Assembly (NCBI GenBank): GCA_030670545.1
Contig: DAOVBM010000003.1
Span: 1,765-65,764, forward strand
DNA length: 64,000 bases
Reading direction: 5' to 3'
From: Candidatus Woesearchaeota archaeon
Lineage (GTDB): Archaea > Nanobdellota > Nanobdellia > Woesearchaeales > JAGLGH01
Below are positions 30,485 through 41,514 of the stretch, one piece after another (position 1 is the stretch's first letter; each line of letters opens with the position of its first letter). The notes beneath the pieces are model-generated. The model saw only the letters and a program-made list of their open reading frames with translations, was not told the origin of the DNA and did no database searches. A program made the position numbers and the translations under genes.

Positions 30485-30638
30485 GAGCAGTAGCATCTTC
30501 AAAACTCTAGATGTGTTTTTAGAAGGCTCTGCGTCCCCGTAAGGGACAACCCCCCGCTACGAGCAGGCTGGTTTTAAAATTGATTGAGTTTTGACCTGAT
30601 GATGCTACTGCTCTAAAAATAGTAGACTTATACATACG
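30485..30638 (+). repeat. MITE-like repeat RE-A copy 3 (outer TIR degenerate)
   Basis: gagcagtagcatcttcaaaac...tagaaggctctgcgtccccgtaagggacaaccccccgctacgagcagg...gttttgacctgatgatgctactgctc. Confidence 0.65.
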
Positions 30639-30645
30639 CTTCATT

Positions 30646-30885
30646 TTAATCATCATTAATCTTTTCATAGAATTCCTTTATCTTATCTTCTTTCCATAAC
30701 TTATCCAGTTCTTTATCTGATTCAGCCAATGCTTTTCCTTTAGAAGTAAGTTTCCATGAGAAATCGCACCATCCGTTGCTTCTTACTTTCTTTTCCAGCG
30801 TTGCTATCCCCATGTTCTCAAGCTGGTATAGGTACTTTCGCTTTTCCGCAATAGATGGGTCTTTTTTCATTGTAACATCAAGCAA
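30646..30885 (-). CDS. small hypothetical protein
   Basis: 79-aa ORF; the stop lies 8 nt from the upstream gene. Confidence 0.35.
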   Translation of the reverse strand: MLDVTMKKDPSIAEKRKYLYQLENMGIATLEKKVRSNGWCDFSWKLTSKGKALAESDKELDKLWKEDKIKEFYEKINDD

Positions 30886-31687
30886 TAATCCTTGTTCCTA
30901 TATAATCATTCTTTCCTATCTTATCCAATTCATCAATCCCTATGATGTATGTGAGCATGCCTTCTTTTGCGCATTTGAACCCATACTTTATCTTCTGCTC
31001 CATTCCTCCCCTGCCTATTCCTGATGTTCCAAAGCAGTCTATTTCCTTAAGCATATTTTCAGTCAATACATCTAGCTTCTTTGCGTCATCATATCTGTTA
31101 GGGTCTTTGTCATACACAGCAGATGTTGTTACAAAATATACTTCAGCAGCGTTTATTGCTGAAGACAATTGATAGGTGAAAGGGTCATTGTCGCTGAAAC
31201 CATCTCCATTGTATATGGGAAGCAGCTCTTCAAGAGTCACAAAGTCGTTTGTGTTTGCGATGATGACATGGCCTTTATCCATTGTCTTGTTAAGCCTCCT
31301 GCATATGCCTTCTTTTTCATTAGAGTCAAAATTATTTGAAGTGAAAAGAGTGTAGGCTATATCCATCTCATATCTACGAAAAGCCTGCTGATATTCGCGT
31401 GCCAGCGCATCTGTACCCATGCCTGCGAGAACTGCAAGCTCATCTGCATATTCAATATCTGAACTGAAATCTCTTCTTTCTGGCCTTTGTGCGCCAATCT
31501 TTTCAATGCCAAGCTGAAATGATCCTGATGTTACTATAACAGCCTTAAAGCCATTGAGCCTTAATGCATAGGCCCTTGCTGCTATATCATCTATCCTTTT
31601 GGAATAGAATCTCTGCCCTTTTCCATTATCCTTTGTCAGCACCTTTGTGCCGAATTTCATAACAATGCGTTTCATGATTATCACCAT
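30878..31687 (-). CDS. amino acid kinase-family protein (possibly isopentenyl phosphate kinase-like)
   Basis: MKFGTKVL N-terminus, VIVTSGSFQLG and C-terminal GT.I motifs of the carbamate/amino-acid kinase fold. 269 aa. Confidence 0.5.
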   Translation of the reverse strand: MVIIMKRIVMKFGTKVLTKDNGKGQRFYSKRIDDIAARAYALRLNGFKAVIVTSGSFQLGIEKIGAQRPERRDFSSDIEYADELAVLAGMGTDALAREYQQAFRRYEMDIAYTLFTSNNFDSNEKEGICRRLNKTMDKGHVIIANTNDFVTLEELLPIYNGDGFSDNDPFTYQLSSAINAAEVYFVTTSAVYDKDPNRYDDAKKLDVLTENMLKEIDCFGTSGIGRGGMEQKIKYGFKCAKEGMLTYIIGIDELDKIGKNDYIGTRIIA

Positions 31688-31875
31688 TTATTATTGATAG
31701 ATTTTATGCAAGAAAAAAAGTGTATGGATTAAATAACAATGCAGGATCAGCATCCCGGTAACGGCATCATCTCTATAGAAAGCAGTAGTTTGCCAAGTTC
31801 TTTTATGATGTTATTTACAATCATTATCATAATTTAATGTAAATAGCTTTGTGTTTAAAAATATATCTGAACTAG

Positions 31876-32047
31876 GTAAGTAAAAAGTCAGATGCCCAGG
31901 AGCACAAGCATCTTCAAAACTTAGGATAGGTTATTAGAAGGCTCTGCGTCCCCGTAAGGGACAACCCCCCACGACGAGCAGAATAAGGAAAAGGATTAAG
32001 TTTTGACTGATGATGCTGGTGCTCCTTGAGTAGCAGACTTTTTACTT
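31876..32047 (+). repeat. MITE-like repeat RE-A copy 4 with 9-bp target-site duplication ctgaactag
   Basis: Direct repeat ctgaactag at 31867-31875 and 32049-32057. TIR gtaagtaaaaagtcag / ctgctactc..cagactttttacttg. Abuts the gyrB stop codon (32061). Confidence 0.75.
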
Positions 32048-32060
32048 GCTGAACTAGCAA

Positions 32061-34088
<2,028 letters not shown>

Positions 34089-34271
34089 TTATGTAAATAT
34101 AGAATCACTCCATCTTTATAAATGTTTTGTTTTTTGAATATATCTTAAGGCTGGGAAATGGCTGAAAACCAGCATTTAAGAGGGTTGCTGCATCAAAGCG
34201 TTCCAAGTAGGCATTTGGACTTAATCTGATATGCCTCTGGTAGTTTATCACTATTTAATGATGAATCAATC

Positions 34272-35450
34272 ATGATAACTTTTATAAATAGTTTAATATT
34301 CTTGTTACTCATGCGAAAGGTTATCAAGACACCCCATTGGTCTTATAGGGTAGGAAAACTTCCAAAGGGATGCGAATATTGCGTCAAAGGAAGGAAGATG
34401 GTGCTTTTCATAACAGGCGTGTGCTCACATAACTGCTTCTATTGCCCTCTTTCAGATACAAGAAAAGGCAAGGATTTTGTATGGGCCAATGAATGGAAAG
34501 TAGGCAAAAAGAAAGATGTTGTTGATGAGGCGCAGATATCAAGCAGCAATGGCGCAGGAATAACTGGTGGAGACCCTCTTATGAAGCTTGACAGGACAAT
34601 CAGCCATGTAAGGATGTTGAAGAGCAGTATGGGAAAAGATTACCATATACACCTTTATGCTCCGCTTAATTTTGTTACAAAGAAAAGGATAGAGAACCTT
34701 CATAATGCAGGGCTTGATGAGATAAGGCTGCATCCAGATCTTGATAATCCTGAAGAGTGGAAAAGGATAGAGGTTGCTTTGAAATATGACTGGGACATTG
34801 GCATAGAAATTCCTTCCCTACCTGATAAGATAGAACAGACAAAGCAGCTCATTGACTATGTCAAAGACAAGGTGCAGTTCATAAATATTAATGAGCTAGA
34901 GATTTCTGACAACAATGCATGTAAGCTGGTTGATGCGAATTATCACAGCAAAAAAGGGATTTCTTATGTTGTTGAAGGAAGTGATAAAGCTGCTATGCAG
35001 CTTCTTAAGTATATAGCAAAACAAAAAAAGCTGAATGCGCATTACTGCAGTGCAAGGCTTAAAGATGGAATCCAACTCAGGAACAGAATAAAGCTCAGGG
35101 CTAAGAATGTTGCAAAGCCTTATGACAAGATAACAAAAGACGGCACACTGCTGAGAGGCGCAATATATCTGAAAGAGCTTATACCTGATGCTGATTATAG
35201 GATCAAGTTGCAGATGATAGATCATAAAGTGATTATCAAGAAACTGTTCAAGGTCAAGAGAGAGCTGCAGTCAAAGTGGAACATCAACATAAATGATGCA
35301 GATATTGATACAGATAAGCTGAGAATCATTCTTAATAAGAATTTTGTAAAGAAAATAAGGGGAGACCTAAAGAGAAACAAGCTAGTTCCTGCAATAGTTG
35401 AAGAGTACCCTACGCATGATGCTTTGGAAGTTGAGATTGAGTTCTTGTAA
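34272..35450 (+). CDS. radical SAM domain protein (COG2108-like, pyruvate formate-lyase activase-related)
   Basis: CSHNCFYCP (CxxxCxxC) after an N-terminal CEYC zinc-ribbon-like element. Confidence 0.65.
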   Translation: MITFINSLIFLLLMRKVIKTPHWSYRVGKLPKGCEYCVKGRKMVLFITGVCSHNCFYCPLSDTRKGKDFVWANEWKVGKKKDVVDEAQISSSNGAGITGGDPLMKLDRTISHVRMLKSSMGKDYHIHLYAPLNFVTKKRIENLHNAGLDEIRLHPDLDNPEEWKRIEVALKYDWDIGIEIPSLPDKIEQTKQLIDYVKDKVQFININELEISDNNACKLVDANYHSKKGISYVVEGSDKAAMQLLKYIAKQKKLNAHYCSARLKDGIQLRNRIKLRAKNVAKPYDKITKDGTLLRGAIYLKELIPDADYRIKLQMIDHKVIIKKLFKVKRELQSKWNININDADIDTDKLRIILNKNFVKKIRGDLKRNKLVPAIVEEYPTHDALEVEIEFL

Positions 35451-35475
35451 AACCAAAAGCTGAAAATACATTAGC

Positions 35476-36036
35476 TCATTTTACTCTCTTTTCTGTAAGA
35501 TGTTTTATTATATCCTTAAGTTCTGCCATCTTAAGCTCCCTTCCTACTACAATCTGATGGAACCTCTCAAGCTCATCAACTCTCTGTTCAAGCTCTTTTT
35601 TTGATTTTTTCAGCTCTTTGCTCTGCTGCTGGAGCTTTCTCTCGCTTTCTTTCAGCTGTTTGTATGACCCCTTGAGCTTGGAGTGGCTTTCAATTATCTG
35701 CCTTCTGCTTTTGTTGAGTAATTTGCTTAAATATGCTGTGAATGTTCCTATTATTATAAACATAATTGCCCTGAAAAAATCGAATATCAATACCTCTTCC
35801 ATCCTGAAGATAAGATGGAAGACTACCAGAAATGATGCAAGGAAAACAGGAACAATAAGCCCTCTTTTTTCCCACCATAAGCACGCAAGGATTATAGGAA
35901 TATAGAAAAGATGCGTATATATTCTTCCTATGCCTAGCTTTATCTTGAATACATAAGTCATAATAATGCAGGCAATGATTAGTGCAATCATAAAGCTAAG
36001 CTTTTTTCTGTTTTCTTTGAGATCATCAGTCTCCAT
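35476..36036 (-). CDS. membrane protein with C-terminal coiled coil
   Basis: Three predicted TM helices followed by a K/E-rich coiled coil. Confidence 0.45.
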   Translation of the reverse strand: METDDLKENRKKLSFMIALIIACIIMTYVFKIKLGIGRIYTHLFYIPIILACLWWEKRGLIVPVFLASFLVVFHLIFRMEEVLIFDFFRAIMFIIIGTFTAYLSKLLNKSRRQIIESHSKLKGSYKQLKESERKLQQQSKELKKSKKELEQRVDELERFHQIVVGRELKMAELKDIIKHLTEKRVK

Positions 36037-36132
36037 AATCCTTAATCTATATCTCAGATATTTAAGTATTAGGTTTTATTCCTAAATTAAAATAAGGCCT
36101 GAAACAAAATCTAATAAGTCATTTATAAATAA

Positions 36133-36428
36133 GCAGTAGCATCTTCAAATCTTGATGAGCATAGCTCATTAAGTCTTGAGGAACAAAGTTCCTTAAGAAC
36201 TTAGAAGGCTATGCCTTCCAAGTAACTTAGAGAGCTTTGCTCTCCAAGTACTCAAGATGTGTTTTTGGAAAGCTCTGCGTCCCCGTAGGGGGCTGCTGAG
36301 AAATTGTTTCACAATTTCTGGCACCTCGTTCGGCTTTGCCTCAGAGGTTCCCCCCGCGACGAGCAGGACTTCTAAACTGAAAGAGTTTTGACCTGATGAT
36401 GCTACTGCTCCTATGGTATCAGACTTAT
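36133..36428 (+). repeat. compound RE-A copy 5 carrying an internal ~120-bp four-hairpin array
   Basis: Family termini and core are present. The insert at 36150-36270 has four 6-bp-stem hairpins (atgagc/gctcat, aggaac/gttcct, gaaggc/gccttc, gagagc/gctctc), each followed by (c)caagtaa/cttaga. Confidence 0.65.
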
Positions 36429-36479
36429 TACAGGCAAGAAACAAAAACCTTTATAAACCCTCTTTGATTCACCAATATT

Positions 36480-36698
36480 ACCAATGATTGATGATCCTGT
36501 CTTAGGATGGGTGAGTGAGGTGCAAATTCTTTGTAACCTTACAGATTTTAAATAAATCAAAAACCCAATCGCCGCAAGCGGCGAGGTATAATCTTACATT
36601 GGGTTTTGGGTCATAAAAATATACCAGGCATATCATCATTGGCCACTGCAAGCAGTGGGGTATATTTTTATAAATCAATATCAAGGAGGCTTGTAAAA
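36480..36698 (+). promoter_or_regulatory. structured 5' leader and SD of the L7Ae operon
   Basis: Hairpins aaaacccaat..attgggtttt and gccgcaagcggc. AGGAGG lies 9 nt upstream of the ATG at 36699. Confidence 0.35.
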
Positions 36699-37034
36699 AT
36701 GGCAGATGAAGTTTCAAAAGAAACAATCGAGAAAACATATGAGGCTATAGAAGTCGCAAAGGCGACAGGAAAGATTAAGAAGGGCACTAATGAAGTGACA
36801 AAATCCATTGAAAGGGGAAAAGCAAAACTTGTCGCTGTGGCAAGCGATGTAAATCCGCCTGAGATTATAATGCATATCCCACTGCTTGCAAAAGAGAAAG
36901 GAGTTCCATGCATCAAAGTGACAACCAAGGAAGAGCTTGGGGCTGCTGCAGGAATAGATATTCCTACTGTAAGCGTGGCGATTGTCGAAGAGGGAGAAGC
37001 AAAAGGATTGATAAAAGAGATTTCAAAACAGTAG
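36699..37034 (+). CDS. rpl7ae: 50S ribosomal protein L7Ae
   Basis: KKGTNEVTKSIERGKAKLVAVASDVNPPEI...LLAKEKGVPCIKV is a canonical L7Ae/L30e fold. Confidence 0.85.
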   Translation: MADEVSKETIEKTYEAIEVAKATGKIKKGTNEVTKSIERGKAKLVAVASDVNPPEIIMHIPLLAKEKGVPCIKVTTKEELGAAAGIDIPTVSVAIVEEGEAKGLIKEISKQ

Positions 37035-37044
37035 GTGAGTTAAG

Positions 37045-37326
37045 ATGGCCTATGAAAGAACTGATAACAGGAAATCAAAAAAAGGCGCTGAACAGCAGAA
37101 AGGCGTAGTAAACTTTTCTATTGCATTTCCTTCAAAAGTAGAAGAAGTGATTGGAAGGACAGGTACAAGAGGAGAAGCAATCCAGGTAAGGTGTAAGGTT
37201 CTCGAGGGAAGGGATACTAACAAAATTCTAAGAAGAAATGTCAAAGGCCCTATAAGAGTAGGAGATATACTTATGCTGCGAGAGACAGAAATAGAAGCCC
37301 ATAGAATGACTTCAGGCAGGCGATAA
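37045..37326 (+). CDS. rps28e: 30S ribosomal protein S28e
   Basis: VIGRTGTRGEAIQVRCKVLEGRDTNKILRRNVKGPIRVGDIL matches S28e. Confidence 0.85.
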   Translation: MAYERTDNRKSKKGAEQQKGVVNFSIAFPSKVEEVIGRTGTRGEAIQVRCKVLEGRDTNKILRRNVKGPIRVGDILMLRETEIEAHRMTSGRR

Positions 37327-37328
37327 TC

Positions 37329-37529
37329 ATGGCAAGATGTAATTTTTGCGGGGAAAAGATTGAGAAGGGGACAGGAAAGATGTATGTAGAGGTTACAGGC
37401 AGTGTACTTAATTTCTGTTCATCCAAATGCGAGAAGAATTTGCTTAAGCTTGGCAGAAAGCCGAGGAATATAGCATGGACAAAAGAAGCGCAAGACATAA
37501 AGAAAGCGCAAAAAGGTGGATCCAAATGA
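37329..37529 (+). CDS. rpl24e: 50S ribosomal protein L24e
   Basis: CNFCGEKIEKGTGKMYV and downstream cysteine motifs form the L24e zinc-ribbon. Confidence 0.85.
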   Translation: MARCNFCGEKIEKGTGKMYVEVTGSVLNFCSSKCEKNLLKLGRKPRNIAWTKEAQDIKKAQKGGSK

Positions 37530-38017
37530 TTGAAAAAACACTGGTTTTGATAAAGCCTGACGGAGTGCAGAGATGCATTGTAGGTCGGATAATCAAAAGG
37601 TTTGAGGATGCAGGCCTTAAGATGATAGGCCTGAAGATGCAGTGGATTGACAAGGAGTTTGCAAAAAAGCATTACACTGAAGACATAGCTGTGAGGAGAG
37701 GCGAGAAGGTTAGGGAGCTTTTGCTTGACTTTATCTCAGAAGGCCCTGTTGTTGCGATATGCATTGAAGGTGTGAATGCCATAGAGAATGTGAGGAAGAT
37801 AACAGGCACGACTGAACCAAGAGGAGCTTCTCCTGGAACAATCAGGGGAGATTTTGCGCATGTAAGTTTCAGCTATGCAGACAATAAAGAGATGGCTGTA
37901 AAAAATATAATACATGCATCAGCAGACAAGAAAGATGCAGAGTCTGAAATAAAACTCTGGTTCAAGTCTGAAGAACTGCATTCCTATAAAACAGTGCATG
38001 ACACATTTATCTTATGA
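37526..38017 (+). CDS. ndk: nucleoside diphosphate kinase
   Basis: EKTLVLIKPDGVQR...; ATGA overlap with the L24e stop. Conserved archaeal L7Ae-S28e-L24e-ndk order. Confidence 0.85.
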   Translation: MIEKTLVLIKPDGVQRCIVGRIIKRFEDAGLKMIGLKMQWIDKEFAKKHYTEDIAVRRGEKVRELLLDFISEGPVVAICIEGVNAIENVRKITGTTEPRGASPGTIRGDFAHVSFSYADNKEMAVKNIIHASADKKDAESEIKLWFKSEELHSYKTVHDTFIL

Positions 38018-38059
38018 TAAAAAATTTATGATAAAAATTAATCTACAAGGTGGTAAATA

Positions 38060-40231
38060 ATGGCAGAAAAGATGGTTGACAAAGTTATGAGGCTTAATAA
38101 AGAGCCTTCACAGATAAGGAATATTGCTATTTGCGCTCATATTGATCATGGAAAGACAACATTCTCTGACAACTTGCTTGCAGGCTGTGGGATGATGAGC
38201 GAAGATCTTGCAGGAAAGGCCTGCATTCTTGATTTTCATGAGGATGAGAAAGAGAGAGGAATCACTATTGATTCAGCATCAGTATCTATGGTACACCAGG
38301 TAAAGGATAAGGAATTCCTTATCAATCTGATAGACACTCCTGGCCACGTAGATTTTGGCGGAGACGTGACAAGGGCAATGCGGGCTGTTGACGGAGCTAT
38401 TGTCCTGTGCTGCGCATCTGAGGGAATAATGCCTCAGACAGAGACTGTGCTTAGGCAGGCATTGAAGGAAAGAGTTAGGCCTGTGTTGTTCATAAACAAG
38501 GTTGACAGGCTGATAAAAGAGCTCCAGCTTAGTCCTGAACAGATGCAGGAAAGGTTCATAAATATCATCAATGAGGTGAACAAGCTCATCAAGGACATAT
38601 CTCCAGAATATGGAGAGAAGTGGCAGGTCAGTGTGCAGGATGGAAGTGTGGCATTTGGATCAGCATTCCATAACTGGGCATTGTCTTTCCCATATATGAA
38701 GGAGAATAATATCACATTTAAGGAGATAATCGAAGCATATGACGGAACAGAGAAGTACAAGGAGATTGCAAAAAAAGCACCTATTCATAAGGTTATTCTT
38801 GACATTGTTGTTGAGCATCTTCCAAACCCTATCGAAGCTCAGGGATATAGGATACCTAAGATTTGGCATGGGGATATTGAAAGCGCAGTAGGCAAAGGGC
38901 TAACCAACTGTGATCCTAACGGTCCGTTGTTCTTTGTGATAACAAAGATTGTTGTTGATCCGCAAGCAGGAGAGATATCCGCAGGAAGGCTGTTTTCAGG
39001 AACAATGAAAAGAGGCACTGAAGTCTATCTTAACAGGGCAAAACAGCATACAAGGATACAGCAAGTATATATCTATAACGGCGCAAAGAAAGAGATCCTT
39101 GACAATGTCCCTGCTGGAAACATAATAGGCATATCAGGGGTCAAGGCATTTCCAGGTGAATCCATAACAATTGAAGAGTCTGAGCCTATGGAAGCGATAA
39201 CCCATATATTTGATCCAGTCATAACAAAAGCTATAGAGGCAAAGAATCCTGCAGACCTTCCAAAGCTTATCGAAGTGCTGAGGATGGTGGCAAAAGAGGA
39301 TCCTACAGTCAAAGTAGAGATAAACGAAGAGACTGGCGAGCACCTGCTCCATGGCATGGGAGAACTTCATCTTGAGGTAATAGAGAACAGGATAAGAAGC
39401 GAGAAAGGCGTTGAAGTCAAGACCTCATCTCCTATAGTAGTATACAGGGAAACAATAACAAAGAATTCTATTGAAGTTGAAGGAAAATCTCCAAATAAGC
39501 ATAATAAGTACTATTTTATCGTAGAGCCGCTGTCTGAGGAAGTAGTAAAAGCGGTAAAAGCAGGAGACATCCCTGAGATGAGGATTAAGAAGAAGGATCT
39601 TGAGCTGAGGAATAAGTTTACTGCTTTAGGATTCCCTACAAAAGATGCTGAGGGCATAAAGGATATTTATAAGGGAAACCTATTCATGGACAAGACAAGA
39701 GGCCAGGTGCATCTTGGAGAGGTCATAGAGATGATACTTGACATGTTTGAGGATGTCATGGATAATGGTCCGCTTGCAAGAGAGCCGTGTCAGAAAGTGC
39801 TTGTAAGGCTGATGGATATGACTCTCCACGAAGACGCTATCCACAGGGGGCCTGCGCAGACATACCCTGCAGTAAGGGAAGGTATAAGAGGCGCAATGAT
39901 GCAGGCAGCTCCGATGCTTCTTGAGCCTTTGCAGATATTGCATATTGAAGCTCCTAATGAATATATGGGAGAGATATCAAAGCTTATCTCAAACAAGAGA
40001 GGCCAGCTTCTTGACATGCAGCAGGAAGGCACAATTGTTGTTGTAAAAGCAAAGATGCCTGTAGGAGAGATGTTCGGATGGAGTTCTGAGCTGAGAAGCG
40101 CTACTGGCGGAAGAGGAAACTCATCGCTTATCGACCAGGTATTTGAGAAGCTTCCTGAAGATCTGCAGCAGAAGATCAGAGGCCAGATAGTATCCAGGAA
40201 AGGGCTTAGTGAAGGCCAGCTTGGGGCATAA
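38060..40231 (+). CDS. fusA: translation elongation factor 2 (aEF-2)
   Basis: AHIDHGKTT, DTPGHVDF, NKVDR GTPase motifs. Diphthamide-loop HEDAIHRGPAQ. 723 aa. Confidence 0.9.
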   Translation: MAEKMVDKVMRLNKEPSQIRNIAICAHIDHGKTTFSDNLLAGCGMMSEDLAGKACILDFHEDEKERGITIDSASVSMVHQVKDKEFLINLIDTPGHVDFGGDVTRAMRAVDGAIVLCCASEGIMPQTETVLRQALKERVRPVLFINKVDRLIKELQLSPEQMQERFINIINEVNKLIKDISPEYGEKWQVSVQDGSVAFGSAFHNWALSFPYMKENNITFKEIIEAYDGTEKYKEIAKKAPIHKVILDIVVEHLPNPIEAQGYRIPKIWHGDIESAVGKGLTNCDPNGPLFFVITKIVVDPQAGEISAGRLFSGTMKRGTEVYLNRAKQHTRIQQVYIYNGAKKEILDNVPAGNIIGISGVKAFPGESITIEESEPMEAITHIFDPVITKAIEAKNPADLPKLIEVLRMVAKEDPTVKVEINEETGEHLLHGMGELHLEVIENRIRSEKGVEVKTSSPIVVYRETITKNSIEVEGKSPNKHNKYYFIVEPLSEEVVKAVKAGDIPEMRIKKKDLELRNKFTALGFPTKDAEGIKDIYKGNLFMDKTRGQVHLGEVIEMILDMFEDVMDNGPLAREPCQKVLVRLMDMTLHEDAIHRGPAQTYPAVREGIRGAMMQAAPMLLEPLQILHIEAPNEYMGEISKLISNKRGQLLDMQQEGTIVVVKAKMPVGEMFGWSSELRSATGGRGNSSLIDQVFEKLPEDLQQKIRGQIVSRKGLSEGQLGA

Positions 40232-40305
40232 GGTGAACTTATAATTTTTTATTTTCTTATTATAATATTATTATGATAATCTAAATTAATCTAATCTATC
40301 TTTAT

Positions 40306-41514
40306 ATGGCAAAAATAAGGCTTGAATTCAGGGACATTGGGTTTGAAGAGAGAGAGGATTCTGTAAGAGTAAAATTCCTTAAGATATTCTATTTTGACAT
40401 TCCAAAAGCTGAACTTGATAAGATATCAGAGTTTGATGTTGAAGATCATGCAATAATATTCATAGGAGCAAAGCAGAATAAAGCTGAGATTAGGTTCAAT
40501 CACCTGCTTTCTATAGGGTTCTCCCAACTGAAGAACAGGATTACTGGCAAGGATGCTGTATATGTCCACAGGAATTCTGGCATACCACTTATAGGAACAA
40601 ATTACTTTGGCCTTGTTGACAGGGATACGAACATAATTGAGCTTAAGCCTATAACAAGCTGCAACATAGAATGTATATACTGTTCTGTTGCGCAGGAAAA
40701 AAGAGCAGTTGATTTTGTTGTGGAAAAGGATTATCTTGTTGAAGAATTCAGGAAGCTTGTAAAACTTAAGAATTGTGATGAGATAGAGGCGCATATCGGC
40801 GGTCAGGGTGAGCCTTTATTGTATGGAGATATCCTTGGCTTGATTAAAGGTTTATCAAATATACCTGAAGTAAAAACAATATCAGTTGATACAAACGGAA
40901 CATTGCTGTCTGAAAAGCTTATTGATGAACTTGTCGAAGCAGGGCTTACCAGGATGAACCTTTCAATAAATGCAATGGATCCTGAGCTTGCGAAGAAGAT
41001 GTCAGGCTTTCCTTATGATATTGAAAGAATAAAAAAGATGGCAGGATACATTGCATCAAAGATAGACCTTATAATAGCTCCAGTCCTTGTGCCTGGAATA
41101 AATGAGCAGGAGATACCGAAGATAATACAGTTTGCTAAGAAGATTAAAGATAAAGATGTGTGGCTAGGCATACAGAATTATCTGGAATATCGGTTCGGAA
41201 GGAGACCTGCAAAACAGATGGATTGGGATGATTTCTTTGCTCTTCTTAAGAAGTGGGAAAAAGAATTTGATATATGCCTTACAAAAATGCCTTTTACTTT
41301 TTTAAAAACATCAAAACTTGAAAAGCCATTCAAAAGAAGAGAGATTGTAAAAGCAGATATTGTATGCAGAGGCAGATTCAGGAATGAGATGATTGCAGCT
41401 GCTCAGGACAGAGCAATTGCTGTTCCCCAATGCCATAAAAAGAAAGGTAAGGTAAATCTCAAGATAACAAGAAGCAAGGATAATATATTTAGTGGAGTGG
41501 TTGTGGGGAAGTGA
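40306..41514 (+). CDS. radical SAM protein with ~110-aa N-terminal extension
   Basis: SCNIECIYCS (CxxxCxxC); GGQGEPLL glycine-rich SAM motif. TGAATG stop/start coupling to the next gene. Confidence 0.7.
   Translation: MAKIRLEFRDIGFEEREDSVRVKFLKIFYFDIPKAELDKISEFDVEDHAIIFIGAKQNKAEIRFNHLLSIGFSQLKNRITGKDAVYVHRNSGIPLIGTNYFGLVDRDTNIIELKPITSCNIECIYCSVAQEKRAVDFVVEKDYLVEEFRKLVKLKNCDEIEAHIGGQGEPLLYGDILGLIKGLSNIPEVKTISVDTNGTLLSEKLIDELVEAGLTRMNLSINAMDPELAKKMSGFPYDIERIKKMAGYIASKIDLIIAPVLVPGINEQEIPKIIQFAKKIKDKDVWLGIQNYLEYRFGRRPAKQMDWDDFFALLKKWEKEFDICLTKMPFTFLKTSKLEKPFKRREIVKADIVCRGRFRNEMIAAAQDRAIAVPQCHKKKGKVNLKITRSKDNIFSGVVVGK

Noticed and set aside
36150-36270. Possible CRISPR array (periodic short hairpins with conserved spacer words), also at 55992-56100
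   Set aside because: Units are ~30 bp with 6-bp stems that differ from one another, while the inter-hairpin words are conserved. This is the opposite of CRISPR repeat/spacer logic. There are only 4 units, no cas genes, and it sits inside a MITE-like element.
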